Origin: Octopus sinensis
Taxonomy: Eukaryota
Direction: 5' to 3'
NCBI RefSeq assembly: GCF_006345805.1
Contig: NC_043002.1
Span: forward strand, 113,150,001-113,214,000
Length of the DNA stretch: 64,000 nt
In this document: positions 23,231 to 36,866 of the stretch, piece by piece
How the letters are laid out: the number at the start of each line of letters is the position of its first letter
Position numbering within the stretch: the stretch's first letter is position 1
Made by a program: the position numbers and the translations under genes
Notes under the pieces: generated by a model
Database searches by the model: none
What the model saw: only the letters and a program-made list of their open reading frames with translations
Told to the model about the DNA's origin: nothing

Positions 23231-23380
23231 TACTGCGGCCATGCTGTCGTACCACTTTAGATATAATATAATTATATACATGTAATATAATTATATACAC
23301 ACGCCACACACATAGGGTCTCTTACCACTGAGTTTCACATGTAGGTACACAGGATCACCAGGTAAGTGATATATTTCATA

Positions 23381-23782
23381 GGCATAGGCGTGGCTCTGTG
23401 GTAAGAAGCTTGCCTCCCAACCAGTCAGTCCCATTACGTGGCATCTTGAGAAAGTGTCTTCCACTATAGCCTCGGGCCAGCCAGAGCCTTGTGAGTGGAT
23501 TTGGTTGACAGAAACTGAAGGAAGCCCATCTTATGTGTGTATGTATGTGTGAGCGTGTGTATTACGTTTCTTAGCGTTTGTGTTTGTCTCCCCATCATCG
23601 CTTAATAACCGATGTTGGTGTGTTTATGTCACCGTAACTTAGCGGTTCAGGAAGGGAATCCGATAGAATAAGTACTAAACTTACAAAGAATGAGTCCTCT
23701 GGTCGATTTGTTCGACTAAAAAAAACCTTTAGGGTGGTGCTCCAGTATGACCGCAATCAAATGACTGAAACAAGCAAAAGAA
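23381..23782 (+). mobile_element. group B SINE
   Basis: Head GGCATAGGCGTGGCTCTGTGGTAAG; tail ATGACTGAAACAAGCAAAAG. Confidence 0.88.
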
Positions 23783-23848
23783 TACACGCACACACACATA
23801 CATATATATATATATGCCTGTATGTATATACACACACACATACACACA

Positions 23849-24055
23849 CGGGGTGACCCAAAAGTCACGCACCAAAACATTTGATATTTTACTTATATTA
23901 GGTTATATTATTATTGTTCATCTTGTTGATCAATTGCATGTACTTATCTATTCATTATTTTATTTATCTTCTTCAAGTTTAGAAAAATGAAGCATGTCTT
24001 CGACAGTTCTGGAGCGTATTAGTCTTATTTTATACGTGACTTTTGATCCACCCTG
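23849..24055. mobile_element. Tc1/mariner-type MITE (~207 bp)
   Basis: Imperfect TIRs CGGGGTGACCCAAAAGTCACG and reverse complement CAGGGTGGATCAAAAGTCACG (17/21). Confidence 0.65.
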
Positions 24056-24062
24056 TGTATAT

Positions 24063-24094
<32 letters not shown>

Positions 24095-24095
<1 letters not shown>

Positions 24096-24224
24096 GACGA
24101 AGAGTTCCGCTCGAAACGTTAAATCCTCTTCCTTTCTTTCCTTTCCTGAGCGTCCAATAACCCTATACTTGCCCCCACGTCCTCGAGTTGTGTTTTCTCT
24201 TTGTGTTTTCATGTTTGGATTAAC
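24095..24224 (+). mobile_element. Penelope-like terminal fragment with 5'-clipped hammerhead-like motif
   Basis: TGACGA-A-GAG(TTCCG)CTC-GAAA-CGTT directly after (TA)n; (TA)n also on the 3' side. Confidence 0.6.
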
Positions 24225-24247
24225 TATATATATATATATAATATATA

Positions 24248-24297
<50 letters not shown>

Positions 24298-24299
24298 AT

Positions 24300-24380
<81 letters not shown>

Positions 24381-25302
24381 ATACGGGCTCAACTATAAAA
24401 GTAAGCTGAGAGTGTGTAACTTGTAGTTAAGTTTAACAACTACAAAAGTTGCCAATATTTTATTGGGTGCCGCTTAAATTTTAGCAGCTGAAAGTATCTT
24501 TAAAAGATTCTCTCTCTCTCTCTCTCCCTCCCTCTCCTTCTCTCTCTATCTTTTCCTCTCTCTCTCTCTTCTCTCTCTCTCTTTCTCATTCCTTCCCTTT
24601 AAATTTTTTCTTCTTTTTTGTGTTTACACTTTGATACAAGTCATTGTCTGTTGCGCGGCATCTGAAGACTTTCCATGAAAATAATGTAAGTTTTGTTTTT
24701 TTGTTCGGCTATGCACAGCAGTCATATTTTACATTCATTGATGTAAGATGCTAGAGTTTTGACAACAGACCAAGATATATTGGCGTTGTTTCTTTACTCT
24801 TGAAACTTATGTTCTATAGAGAAAACGATATTGAACTTTGTTTATCTCTGGATATGAAGGAGTGGATATACACAGTATGTCCGATCTTGAACATAAGACC
24901 GATGTAATTATTCTCATTACCAACAGCAGTAGATACCTTGGCTCGATATACTAGCGTCTTTGTTAAGCACCTGCTATTTAGAAGACAGTATATATAATTG
25001 CTGCAGATGTACTGCAGTTGGGGGCTTGACTTAATCTTTAAATGCGTGATTCTTTTTATTACTTTTAAGATGGCAAATAATGATATTTTTGTTCTGATAT
25101 AACTAATCTTTACATAGTTTTTGATGTCAAAATTTATTTGTGGCTACTTTAGAAGTTTTTTCTTATAATTATAAAAACTATTGCTATTTAAATGCTACGT
25201 CCACACTGAAATCGGACTTTCTCTTTCTTTCCCTCATTTTTCTGGTCTATGTAATGTGATTTATTTATTTCTTCTTTGAATCACCCTTCCAGTACCATTA
25301 GT

Positions 25303-25473
25303 ACCTATTTCTTTATTACCCACAAGGGACTAAACATAGAGGGGACAAACAAGGACAGACAAACGAATTAAGTCGATTACATCGACCCCAGTGCGTAACT
25401 GGTACTTAATTTATCGACCCCGAAAGGATGAAAGGCAAAGTCGACATCGGCTGAATTTGAACTCACAACGTAA
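25303..25473 (-). mobile_element. head-less group A SINE (tail 1)
   Basis: Matches one unit of the 2044-2782 array; possible short TSD AGTACCA. Confidence 0.9.
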
Positions 25474-25524
25474 AGTACCAAATTTGTCTTCGTTCAGGAA
25501 TAAAAACAAACAGGACAGAGATCC

Positions 25525-25765
25525 TTCCCGAGTCATATAGTCTCATAGGGCCGGTTTCCTGGATTTTGTGGGGTATATATTCCTCTACTTGGACGGGACG
25601 TCGATCCGTCGCAAGATTAATCATTTTTGCCAGCCGAACGGACTGGAGCAGCGTTGAATGAAGTGTTTTGCTCAAGAACACAACACGTCGCCCGATCTAG
25701 GAACTGAAACCACAGTCTTACGATCAGGAGTCCAACACCCTAACCACTAAGCAACTTGTCTCCAC
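25525..25765 (-). mobile_element. group C SINE, alternative tail
   Basis: Reverse complement TTAGTGGTTAGGGTG...GTGTTGTGTTCTTGAGCAAAACACTT...GAAACCGGCCC. Confidence 0.75.
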
Positions 25766-25985
25766 CCGGAGATAAAATATGCATAATTTTATTCATGTTG
25801 CTGAGTTATTTATGATTGCAGGGTATAGCAGGAATTTCTGAAGTTATGTAGTCAGTCTTTGTTAAGATATTATTTACTAGTGTTTATATCTATGTAATGT
25901 AATATCTAATAGGTTTTAAATGACCATATCTTATGCTAGTTCAAGTTAAATCCTCTCAAAATTTCTAGTAAAATATTCCTAAACA

Positions 25986-26408
25986 TAGGCGCAGGAGTGG
26001 CTGTGTGGTAAGTAGCTTGCTAACCAACCACATGGTTCCGGGTTCAGTCCCACTGCGTGGCATCTTGGGCAAGTGTCTTCTACTATAGCCTTTGGCTGGC
26101 CAAAGCCTTGTGAGTAGATTTGGTAGACGGAAACTGAAAGAAACCTGTCGTATATATGTATATATATGTATATGTATGTGTGTGTATGTGTTTGTGTGTC
26201 TGTGTTTGTCCCCCTAGCATTGCTTGACAACCGATGCTGGTGTGTTTACGTCCCCGTCACTTAGCGGTTCGGCAAAAGAGACCGATAGAATAAGTACTGG
26301 GCTTACAAAGAATAAGTCCTGGGGTCGATTTGCTCGACTAAAGGCTGTGCTCCAGCATGGCCGCAGTCAAAATGACTGAAATAAGTAAAAGAGAGTAAAA
26401 GAGAGTAA
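25986..26408 (+). mobile_element. group B SINE, young full-length
   Basis: Head GGCGCAGGAGTGGCTGTGTGGTAAG; CORE-like TGCGTGGCATCTTGGGCAAGTG; tail (GTAAAAGAGA)n. Confidence 0.95.
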
Positions 26409-26950
26409 ACTTATCCAAAGGGACATAAGAATATTTGTGCCTTGAGTGTTGAATTTGTCTCGGGAACTATCTACAGTGTTACAAGCGCAAACCTCGCACA
26501 TTTCAGCTCTAACCTAATCTCCTCAGACAACATCAAATAGAACATCGCCTTCCTTTTTCCCCCGGAAGGAATCGTCACAGAAGTTTAGGGACTGCCTAAC
26601 TTGCATTATAACACTAATATCAGTGTCACTAGTGGTAGCGAAATTATTGTTGATCTCTTGTAGTTTTTCGATGAGGGAGTGTTGTGACAAACTTATAAAG
26701 TCCTACTTTTTCAAACTTGGTGACTTTGTGATGAGTGTTATTGATATTGTTGATTCCCTTCATTACCGAGACGCTATCATTCTATAAATAAAATTGTGTG
26801 ATATATAATAATTTGTAGTTTAATAATGTTTAGAATGTATTTGCTTACGACATTGTGTTTGTTTTTAGTTGTTTATATAAGAACATTTCGATCGTTTATC
26901 ATTAGCTGGGATGCTAGTGTTTGTATTTCCTTATTGACGTTACTCTACTA

Positions 26951-27358
26951 AAGCGGTGAGCTAGCAAAATCGTTAGCACGCCGGGCAAAATGCTCAGCGG
27001 CATTTCGTCTGTCTTTACGTCAGGAGTTCAAATTCTGCCGAGGTCGACTTTGCCTTTCATCTCTTTCGGGTTACGATAAAATTAGTTCCAGTTAAGTATT
27101 GGGGTCGATGTAATCGACTTGCTCTGACCCCGAAATTACTAGCCTTGCGCCGAAATTTGAAACCGATATTACTGTCTATGCCTAAGACGACGAGCTGATA
27201 GAATTGTGAGCATGCCGAACAAAATTCTTAGTGGCGTTTCTTTCAGCTTAACTCTCCTTTCTGGATCGATAAAATAAGTACCAGTTGAGCACTAAGTCGA
27301 TGTAATCGACTAGACCCCTCACATAAAATTTCAAATCTTGCGCTTATAGTAGAAAAGG
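26951..27358 (+). mobile_element. two head-to-tail group A SINEs (tail 2)
   Basis: Heads at ~26951 and ~27184; shared GGTCGATGTAATCGACT. Confidence 0.85.
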
Positions 27359-30084
27359 TACTATGGCTTGTACCTATTAAAGTGTTTTCGTGTTTCATCT
27401 CTCATAAGTTATGTACAGCATATTTCGAATAAACAAACTTTTGGTTGATATTAGTTTGTTTTGCTCTTTACTTATCGAACATGTGTTGTTGACAGGGTTT
27501 CGAATATTATTTTATGATTACTTAAAAATATTTTGGAAGTTATTTGTGTAATTTCTAAATGTTACTTTTGTTCTCATGTTAATGAAATCAGAAAGATTTT
27601 TAATTTTTGCTTGGTGGTACGCTTTTCACAGCCATACCACTTGTTTTCTGAAGGTACTTTTTCATACAAGTTAGTTTTCCATGGCATTCGATTTATGACG
27701 TTTGTCATTTCAATGAGATATTTAATGTAAACCTATTAAAATAGCCTCGTAAAATTTTGATTTGAATATTTCAGTATTTTTTTGTTATATTGGTCAGAGT
27801 GTTATTCTCCGTTCCCGAATAGAATCTAAGTATATAAAAGTGAATGATACTTACCTTAAATTTATAAACGTGAGAAAACGCACTTAAAACAAGTAGCAGA
27901 TATATTACTTCATTCGAAGTTAAAGTTTCATATTAGTCTGTGTGCACGAGCGTTCGTGAGTGTCTGTGTACATGCATTTGTGTGTGTGTAACTGTGTGTT
28001 ACACATTTCCCATTTCTTCTTTTGCTTCCTCTTCTAAGATGGTGGACACCGAACTAATAGTATTTCAGTATTTTTTCTCTTTACATTTTGATTTCAAATT
28101 GTACCGTGGTGGCGTTTCTCTGTCAAGATCACTAGTAAAATTGATCTCATGGTCGGGTGGGCTTTGGTTAAGTTATCAACTCCTTCCAGTTGACTGAGTG
28201 ACAAGGGTCTGTGAGCTTCAGGGAATTAAAAATAACCTGCGGAGTGACGGCTATTGCTTTCTCACAGAGAGACCAACACTTATTGTATTTACGATATTTA
28301 AAGAAGCTCACAGCAGCAAGTCACTAAATTCAAGTCTCCATAACTGAGGATCATGCTTCGCTAAATCCTACCAGCAGCACACGAAAGAATCTAGAGAGAA
28401 GATGGGCACCACAAGATCATCTGCCCAGTGAAATACAGTTAAATGACGCAATGAGGCTCATACCGAATCAGTCTGGTTTCATTGACTGAAAAACCAGAAA
28501 AGACAGAGGGCGGGTGTGCATAAGCTGATTGATTAAATATAGTCAATGCTATAAATTTTACTCTTTCTATAAGAATGTTAAGAAAATAAAAATTGCCAAT
28601 GTAATGGTTGGTTCAGTTATTTCCTTCTATATGATGGAAAATAGAAAGGGATGCATCGGCATGAAACATAAATAGTTAAATCAATGCTAACATTATGTGG
28701 AGAGGAAATTCTGATTATTAGGTTTCCCCTGCGGTGAGAATTAAAAAATCCTTAAATCATATCAAGGCCCTCAAGTGGAATATAATGAAATCAAATTTTA
28801 TTGCTCACTATTATTGAATAAGCTAGACCTGACTTGACTATTTAAATCCTATGCCAGCTCGTATACATTATTCTATATCCAAATAGTAATCCTTTTATCA
28901 ATATTCCTTCGAATACTGAAAAGGCTATCCTTCGCTAAGGAGGTCTTATATGACCGAAACATGCCCGGAGTTACGCTGTGCTTGCCAAAGATCAGAAATA
29001 AATAATATTAGGCATTAAGCAATTATTTCCATTCCATCACTGCGTGGATAATTCTAATTTTCAGTAAATGATATTTCGAGTTTGTTTCTCCAGGATGCTG
29101 CATAAAATCGGTTTAGTCGTAAAGCTAATGTTTTCCTCTCCTAGCAGAAGGGATAATTTTAATGAATTAAGCATTTTTAATTTTTTGCTACATTATGTTA
29201 GCACTAATTTAATTAATTCTTTTACATGAGTCAGGTCTCCTAATCATGTCCTAGCTTCTCATGTCAATTTGCAGTAATTTCACTGATATTAGTTTATAAT
29301 ATAATTACAGAACATGGCCGTGTGGTGACGAATTTTTCTTGGTATTCACCATTTTCTGGTTTCAATTAGCGCGGTAGCCTAAGGTTGACCAATGTCTTGT
29401 GAGTGGAATGTTAGAAGACGAAAACTGCGCAGAACTTATATTCGATATGAAATGATTCCATGTTTATATATGTATGTGTATGTGTGCGTGCTATATATGT
29501 ATGCCCGTGAGACTTTGGAAACGTGTAATAAAGTGCAGATAATGAAATCAGGACAAGATTTTGACCATCACTGCAATACACAGAATTTTTCTAATCTTTC
29601 CGTGGACAGAAAATAGCAGATAGATCTCATTTATTTGTACGATCCAGGGATCCAAGTGCAGGAGATTTGTAAGCTTCAAGCAATGGGTGGTTAGTAAAGA
29701 GAACAAAATGGACAGCATATATATATATACACACACACGCCCATATATATTAATATATGAGTGTCTGTGTGTGTATGTGTGTGTGCGTGAACACCTGTAT
29801 TTATGTATACATGTATGTATGTATATAAGTCTATACATATATATATATATATATATATACATAAATATGAGAGATTGACCACTATGTGGTCTTCTCTAGT
29901 GCTAAAAATAGATCCACTATGGTATAGCCACTAAAAAATTGTTTCCAAGGAGAAATAACGCAACATTTAACGTGGTGCGAGTGAAAAATAACGAAAAAAT
30001 AGATTAACCCTGAACAATTGTTTCATTATTAATGTAGACGAACTAGCAAGTCTACTTCGGAGGACTTACCGGTCGGGGACTGTT

Positions 30085-30890
30085 ATGGATAATTTCCAGA
30101 TGTCTTTGGCCTAGCAGTGTTACCGCGGTGGGAGGTGATACCGGTTCGAGATCAACTCTACAGGCATGGATGTGCCGTCAGACGGGCTTGTCTTAGGTAT
30201 TCGCAGAGCTACGAAATCGTTCTGCATGCACTCGTTCAGTGTCCGGACATTTCCGACTTGTGGAGTCATGACGAAAAGCTGCTGTCGCGTGTAGGACAGA
30301 TCCGACTGTCGTCTGAGTCCATAATGACGATTGCCCCGCCGCCCTTCTTTAATCAGGCTGGCAAAGCAGTTTTCCTTTGTCAGGTGGCTGTAGAGAAAGA
30401 GGTTTATGTGAAGGACGAGGCTGAAAGGAATGAAGACAGAAACTTTCCTCTTTAGTAAAGCCCACATCGACTTTTTCAAGTTTCACTTGAAAAGGAAGTG
30501 AGGGTGGGGAGGGAGGTGCTGTCCTCGAGTGAATTTATCAAAATGTGGGTGAAAGTTGCGAAAATGGCAAGGGTCTACCGCTCTCAGTGTAGACCTGTGA
30601 GTCGGAAGGAAGAAACTGGAGTGGGCTCTCATCCTTGGTACTCAGAGTGATCTTGGAGGGTGGGGGTTCCTTGATTATGCCTAGAGATCCTCTTGAATCA
30701 GGGGGATCCTCCATCAGGGTCCTTTTATTTTCTTCCCTCTTTTTCTAGTGTCATACACTATGTATACTTCCCTTCTAATGCATACCGTGTATACTTTTTC
30801 ATCATTCCATTATATGTAAAAACCCACAATTTATGTCTGTCTTTGTATTGTCTCCCTCACTTTTCGCCCTGGTGGAAAATAAAAGAAAGC
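30085..30890 (+). mobile_element. Tx1-like LINE 3' fragment
   Basis: PVRDQLYRHG...CLRYSQSYEIVLHALVQCPDISDLW (zinc-binding C-terminal region); homologous to 19285-19716; ends GGTGGAAAATAAAAGAAAGC + (ATT)n. Confidence 0.88.
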
Positions 30891-30938
30891 ATTATTATTA
30901 TTATGATTATTATTATTATGATTATTATTATTATTATG

Positions 30939-30983
<45 letters not shown>

Positions 30984-31249
30984 GAGTGAGAGAGCAGTGC
31001 ATGCCATCAAAGTGACACTGGGGTAAAATATACGAAGCCCAGTTTACCCATCATGACTACTCGTCTGATAAGGGTACACCAGGCATATGCAGTACAACCA
31101 CATGTGCGCGACATGGTGATCTCATATCAAGATCAACAGCGCATCACCTTGCAGGTGGGGCCCGGTTAGACTTTTCGTGAGGTTGAGTTGCCCATACCGC
31201 ACAAAAGGTCCCTGAATAAGAGTTGTTTAAGGATGTTGAACGAAACACC
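30984..31249 (-). mobile_element. (TAA)n-associated non-coding element, 5'-truncated
   Basis: Homologous to the 3' half of 47835-48380; 3' end ...GCACTGCTCTCTCACTC abuts the AAT/ATT array 30891-30983. Confidence 0.8.
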
Positions 31250-31287
31250 CCTTTTGGGGTCAATAATTTTATATATATGTATATATA

Positions 31288-31401
<114 letters not shown>

Positions 31402-31985
31402 ATATATATATATCCAGTATCGCATATATTCTATTCATTCTTAACATGGTTTGTTAGATTCGAATGTGAATAACTGATGACCATTATTTTCGTCTTCACA
31501 GACCACCTGTTAAAAGCTGTGTTCATAACACATAGGATTCATCAGTATTAAGACACTTCAAATTTCTACCTTCTTGTATGTCACATTGGTCAATGCTTCC
31601 CCACCAGACTGATTAATAGAGCAAGAGTACAAGCTCTTGTTTATGATGATTAGAAAAATATTTACTGATGTATGCTAAAAAATTAATAATTCATGGAATG
31701 TACGCAGGAGAGCGAGAATGCAACAGTAGAGCTTTAACTAACGACGCCAATAAAGTCGAAACAGCTCAGTGTCTGAAAATCCCCTTATATTTGCGAATCG
31801 CATGTATTATGGAAACGCTTCGTCAAAGGGCAAAAGATGTTCTCCGATGACGAAAATAAAACAGCAATTAGATATTCACGTTCGAATATGACATAACGTA
31901 TTTAAAATGAATAAATCCGTTATTCTTCAGATGCTCGCTGTCTGCGTGCAGCCCATAAGCTATTGTTTTCATTATTGTTATTATG

Positions 31986-32195
31986 ACGGCGGTGAACTAG
32001 CAGAGTCGTTAGCACTCCGGACAAAATGCTTAACAGCATTTCGTCCGTCATTAAATTCTGAGTTGAAATTCCGCTGAAGAAAACTTAGTTTTTCAACCTT
32101 CGGGCTCGATAACATCACACCAGTTAAACACTGAAGTTGTTGTAATCCGTTGGCGACCCTCCCCTAAATTTATGGTTGTGTGCTTATAAAAAAAG
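31986..32195 (+). mobile_element. degenerate group A SINE
   Basis: Head ACGGCGGTGAACTAGCAGAGTCGTTAGC; GAGTTGAAATTCCG. Confidence 0.75.
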
Positions 32196-32211
32196 GATTA
32201 TTATTATTATT

Positions 32212-32728
32212 GATTGAGAGACCAGTATATGCCATCAAAGTGACACTGGGACACAGATATACGAATCTCAGTATGCCTATCATGAGAACCCATCCGATAA
32301 GGGTACACCAGGCACATGCATCACAACCATGTGGGCGCGACATGGTGTTCTCATATCAAGATAAACAGCGCATGAGTTTGCAGGTGGGGTCCAGTTAGAA
32401 TTTTCTTCAAGTCGAGCAGCCCATCCTGCTCAAATGGTCCCTGAATAAGGGTTGTTTAAGGATGTTAAACGAAACATCCATGATTCAAACCTGATAGAAT
32501 TCCTTTCAACCCATGGCTATGATGCTCCCCCACTACTACTGCTCATGATCCGAGATGCACATAATGTCAGCCACTAAGGGTTAAAGACAAACAACTGACA
32601 AGAAAATCTGTGGTATTGCGCAGAATATCATGTACATGATAACACTATCAATCAGTTAAGATCAGAATCCATGTGTGCCATTGCCTGGTATTCATGAGAT
32701 CCAATGCCTAGCCATGGGAGCCAGTGCC
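32212..32728 (-). mobile_element. (TAA)n-associated non-coding element, near full length
   Basis: Alignable by eye to 47835-48380 over its length; (ATT)n on both sides. Confidence 0.8.
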
Positions 32729-32749
32729 TTATTATTATTATTATTATTA

Positions 32750-32804
<55 letters not shown>

Positions 32805-32994
32805 TATTATTATGTCTACTACTTCTGTTACTACTACTACTACTACTACCACCTTTGTTGTCAGTTGTTGTAATATATATATATACACTTTTTCTATTCC
32901 TGAGCGTTATACTAATACATCTGTTTGTTTTGTACACCACCTGTCTTCGTCTTTTGTTTTTTTTTCGTAAACTCTCCCTATATATTATATATAT

Positions 32995-33037
<43 letters not shown>

Positions 33038-34390
33038 AATCACATTTATAAACATAGCACATAATTATGCATACATGACTATTTGGGCGTGTGTGTGTGT
33101 TTGGTAAGATTACAAAGCACCATTTTGCTTGGAGCTGTTTATTTCACCCTGTAAGATTTGGAGCCATACGTTACATCAATATCTTCCTGGGCATTCTTTT
33201 AATCTATCCCCGACCTTTTAAACAGCAACAATTTTAACGACGACGTTGATGATGACGACGTTGGTGATGACGATGTTCATAATGATTATGATGACCATGA
33301 CGGCGACGACGATCGCAATCATGATAATAACTAAGGAAATGATAATAATTTTAGAATAAGAAATACGCCATCCTTGTTATAGCAATCTAATCCTCCCTGC
33401 CTCTTCTCCGCTACCAAGATCAACGATATTATTCGCTTCTGCGCCGTATTAGATACAAATGTTTAGAAGTAATAATCTCTTTATTATTCCATCAATCAAC
33501 ATCATTTTCATTCCCAGAAAAGCCAATAGAAGCCAATTTGGCTGCAGCTGTTTGCGGTTGTATTGTGCAAAAGTAAAGCTTCAGGCTGCCGCAATGTCAG
33601 TTAGTAGCCATTTTATCAGTCAGGAGTTAAAGAATGAAAAATCTATGAAATAAGTGAATTGGGATCTGGATCTATTCAGCTGTGTTAGCCCTATATAGGG
33701 GGAAATTAAAGATCGGGCTGAACAGCCAATAAATTTTCGTTATTTCTCCGAAATGGTGAGAATAAATGTCAACATCAATGATTTGTGTCAGTGTGCGTTC
33801 TTGATAATACTTGTAAGTCTGTGTATGCTTGTGTGTGTGTGTGTGTATGTGTGTATTTGCGTGCGTGTGTGTGCGTACACTTGGTATTTCACTCTTGTAC
33901 ATTCATCTTTTTCTATGCGCACTCATGCACCACTTTCATTGGGATGATGTTTTGTGGGAATATTTGTGTGAATATGATAGATACGGATCCCATACACACC
34001 CACTTGAGTAAGCATGTAAATGAATTGTATAGGTTTTACATGAATGCGTGTATGCATACGAATAAATGTGTCATGTACGTGCTAGTGTGTATGTGTAGGT
34101 GTGATAATGTGCCAGTGTGTGCGTATGTGTATTTGTGTCAATGCTTGTGTATGTATGCTAGAATGTGTGTATTTTATGTATGTGTTTCTGTATTTGTAAC
34201 TAGACAGGGACTGATGATATTCACTTAGATCCTGAAACCTGTAGTACTCTCATATATTGAGAGTGAAAGAAAATTGCTGATGTACAAGCCGTTTGTAATT
34301 TATTTGAATAATCAAATGACAGAAACGGCTGAACGCCGGAACAAAAGCACTTGTCGTTTTTAGTTACGTCTCTTTACATATTGAGTTCAA

Positions 34391-34775
34391 GTGGAGGCGC
34401 AATGGCCCAGTGGTTAGGGCAGCGGACTCGCGGTCGTAGGATCGCGGTTTCGATTCCCAGACCGGGCGTTGTGATTGTTTATTGAGCGAAAACACCTAAA
34501 AGCTCCACGACGCTCCGGCAGGGGATGGTGGTGTTCCCTGCTGTACTCTTTCACCACAACTTTCTCTCACTCTTACTTCCTGTTTCTGTTGTACCTGTAT
34601 TTCAAAGGGCCGGCCTTGTCACTCTCTGTGTCACGCTGAATATCCCCGAGAACTACGTTAAGGGTACACGTGTCTGTGGAATTCTCAGCCACTTACACGT
34701 TAATTTCACGAGCAGGCTGTTCCGTTGATCGGATCAACCGGAACCCTCGTCGTCGTAACCGACGGAGTGCTTCCC
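34391..34775 (+). mobile_element. young group C SINE
   Basis: A-box TGGCCCAGTGG; B-box GGTTTCGATTCC; 11-bp TSD ATTGAGTTCAA at 34380-34390 and 34776-34786. Confidence 0.95.
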
Positions 34776-35055
34776 ATTGAGTTCAAACGTAGCTTCATTT
34801 GCAGACGTTCGACCCGGTGACATACTTCTGTCATCATTTGAGTTTGGGGCTTGATTGTTTTTGATTTTGTTTTCTTGTTGGGGGGGGTTATGTTGAAGTT
34901 AAATAGAATTGGATTCGGTACACATAATTTCTTTCAGCGTTCACATCTCGAACAAATTAACTTTGCCTTTCATGCTTCTGGGTCGGAAGCAAATAAATTC
35001 AAGTACCACTAGGATTGATTTGGTCTTGGCAGAAATCCTTATTACAACTAATATT

Positions 35056-35495
35056 AAGGCGGTGAGCTGGCAGAATCGTTAGCATGCTGGGCAATATGCT
35101 AGCGTCATTTAGTCCGTTTTTGTGTTTTGAGTTCAAATTCCGCCGAGGTCTACTTTACTTTTCATCCTTTCAGGGTCAATAAAATAAGTGCCAGTTGAGC
35201 ACTGGGGTGGGTGTAATCGATTTACCCTCCTCCCCTGAACTTGCTGGCCTTGTGCCAAAATCTGAAACCAATATCAAGGCAATGAGTTGGCTGAAGCGTT
35301 ACCACACCGGACAAAATACTTAGCGTCATTTCGACTGTCTTTATGTTTTGAGTTCAAAATCCGCCACGGTCGACTTTGCTTTTCATCGTTTTGGGGTTGT
35401 GAAATAAGTATCAGTTAAGTACTAGGCTCTATGTAATCGACTTTCATGCCTCCCTCAAAAACCTCTGGCCGAATACCAAAATTCGAAACTGTTAT
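35056..35495 (+). mobile_element. two head-to-tail group A SINEs (tail 2)
   Basis: Heads AAGGCGGTGAGCTGGCAGAA (35056) and AAGGCAATGAGTTGGCTGAA (~35276). Confidence 0.87.
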
Positions 35496-35662
35496 TACTA
35501 CTAAAACTGAGGATGCCACGCCTGCTACTAACAACAAAATCTACCACCTACCTTTGGTTGCAGAATGAATAGAAATAGACCAAAGGATGGTAAAATGTTA
35601 AAATGATAATAATGACCCCTTTGTGATGTGTGTCGAATAATATACTGATATTATAGGTTGTT

Positions 35663-35867
35663 ATAAGACTTCGAGCTGGTAGAATAGTTAGCATGCCGGG
35701 TAAAGTGCTTAGCGGCATTTCGTCCATCCCTTACGTTCCACCGAGGCCGACTTTGCCTTTCATCCTTTCGGGGTCGATGAAATAAGTACCACCTGAGCAC
35801 TGAGGCCGGTAGAATTGACTAACCCCCACCCCACCGAAATTTCTGTCCTTGTGCCAAAATTTGAAGT
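35663..35867 (+). mobile_element. group A SINE (tail 2)
   Basis: 17-bp TSD TGATATTATAGGTTGTT at 35646-35662 and 35868-35884. Confidence 0.9.
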
Positions 35868-36866
35868 TGATATTATAGGTTGTTGTTTTTCCTTTATCTA
35901 TTGTGATTTGAACTCAAAACACCAATTCCTGTCGCTTGAGTTTAAAGATATGTAATTATATATGACAAACTCTTTTGGTCGGGCACTCTACTGATGCTCG
36001 ATATGTAATAATTTTCAGCTTATGGACGATACTGCATGAGTGTGGGTGGATATTCGATTAAACCAACTTAAATGAAAATACAATAATAACAATGATACCG
36101 TTCTCTTTAAAATATTAATAATTTTTGTTTACTTTGGGTTTCCATTAAGCTGGCGGATTTGTTAATAACAAATTGGAAAATATTTGCTTTGCTTTACAAA
36201 AAAGTTTGGAGATTGTATTTAACACTAATCTCAAATAATACCTTCAAGTTAAAAATGTAGTCTTTAATTATTCATAATGAAAATAGTCCACATATTTTTA
36301 AGTGATTTGATATTAAGAAGCAAGTGGTGTATTGTTTTTGTAAATAAAATCTATAATTATGTCTTTTTCGTTTGATTGAGTTTAATTTTAATTGTGTATT
36401 TTAATCAGGTGATGGCTTGATCGTTATGTACCTGACCTGGGGCTGTATAGTATCATGAGTATTACCAGTAGTCCTTCTGTAATTTATAAATACAAGCTTC
36501 AGTGTTTATGTTAGATTCTCCATCAGTGACGACGATGAGCATTCAGTTGTTAGATTACCTGACTTCCTACTAACGAAATTAACGCGAATAGGTTGAGTAT
36601 TGCAAAAAAAATGTTTATTCTCGACGCAATTCGTAGAGTAAATCATGGTGACACAATGTGAAACCGGTACAATCTAGAGAGAAAAAGAATGGAAAGAATC
36701 GCCCCCAGTTTTTACTAATCCACCTCTCAATGTTAAAAGACAAAGTAGAACTGTGTGACATTTAGAGTGTAGAGAGCCGCTAGAGCAAATAACGCAACGT
36801 ATTCTGACTCTATAAATGCCACTTCACCACATTTTCATCGCTTGTATATACTCTATGATTATATAT

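Noticed and set aside
27849-27940. Signal-peptide-like segment before a strong minus-strand donor
   Set aside because: The nearest ATG is out of frame; the call would require assuming a frameshift.
34391-34470. tRNA-Arg-like sequence (also 6286, 59780-59851)
   Set aside because: No complete acceptor stem; it continues into SINE core and tail within TSDs, so these are SINE heads and not tRNA genes.
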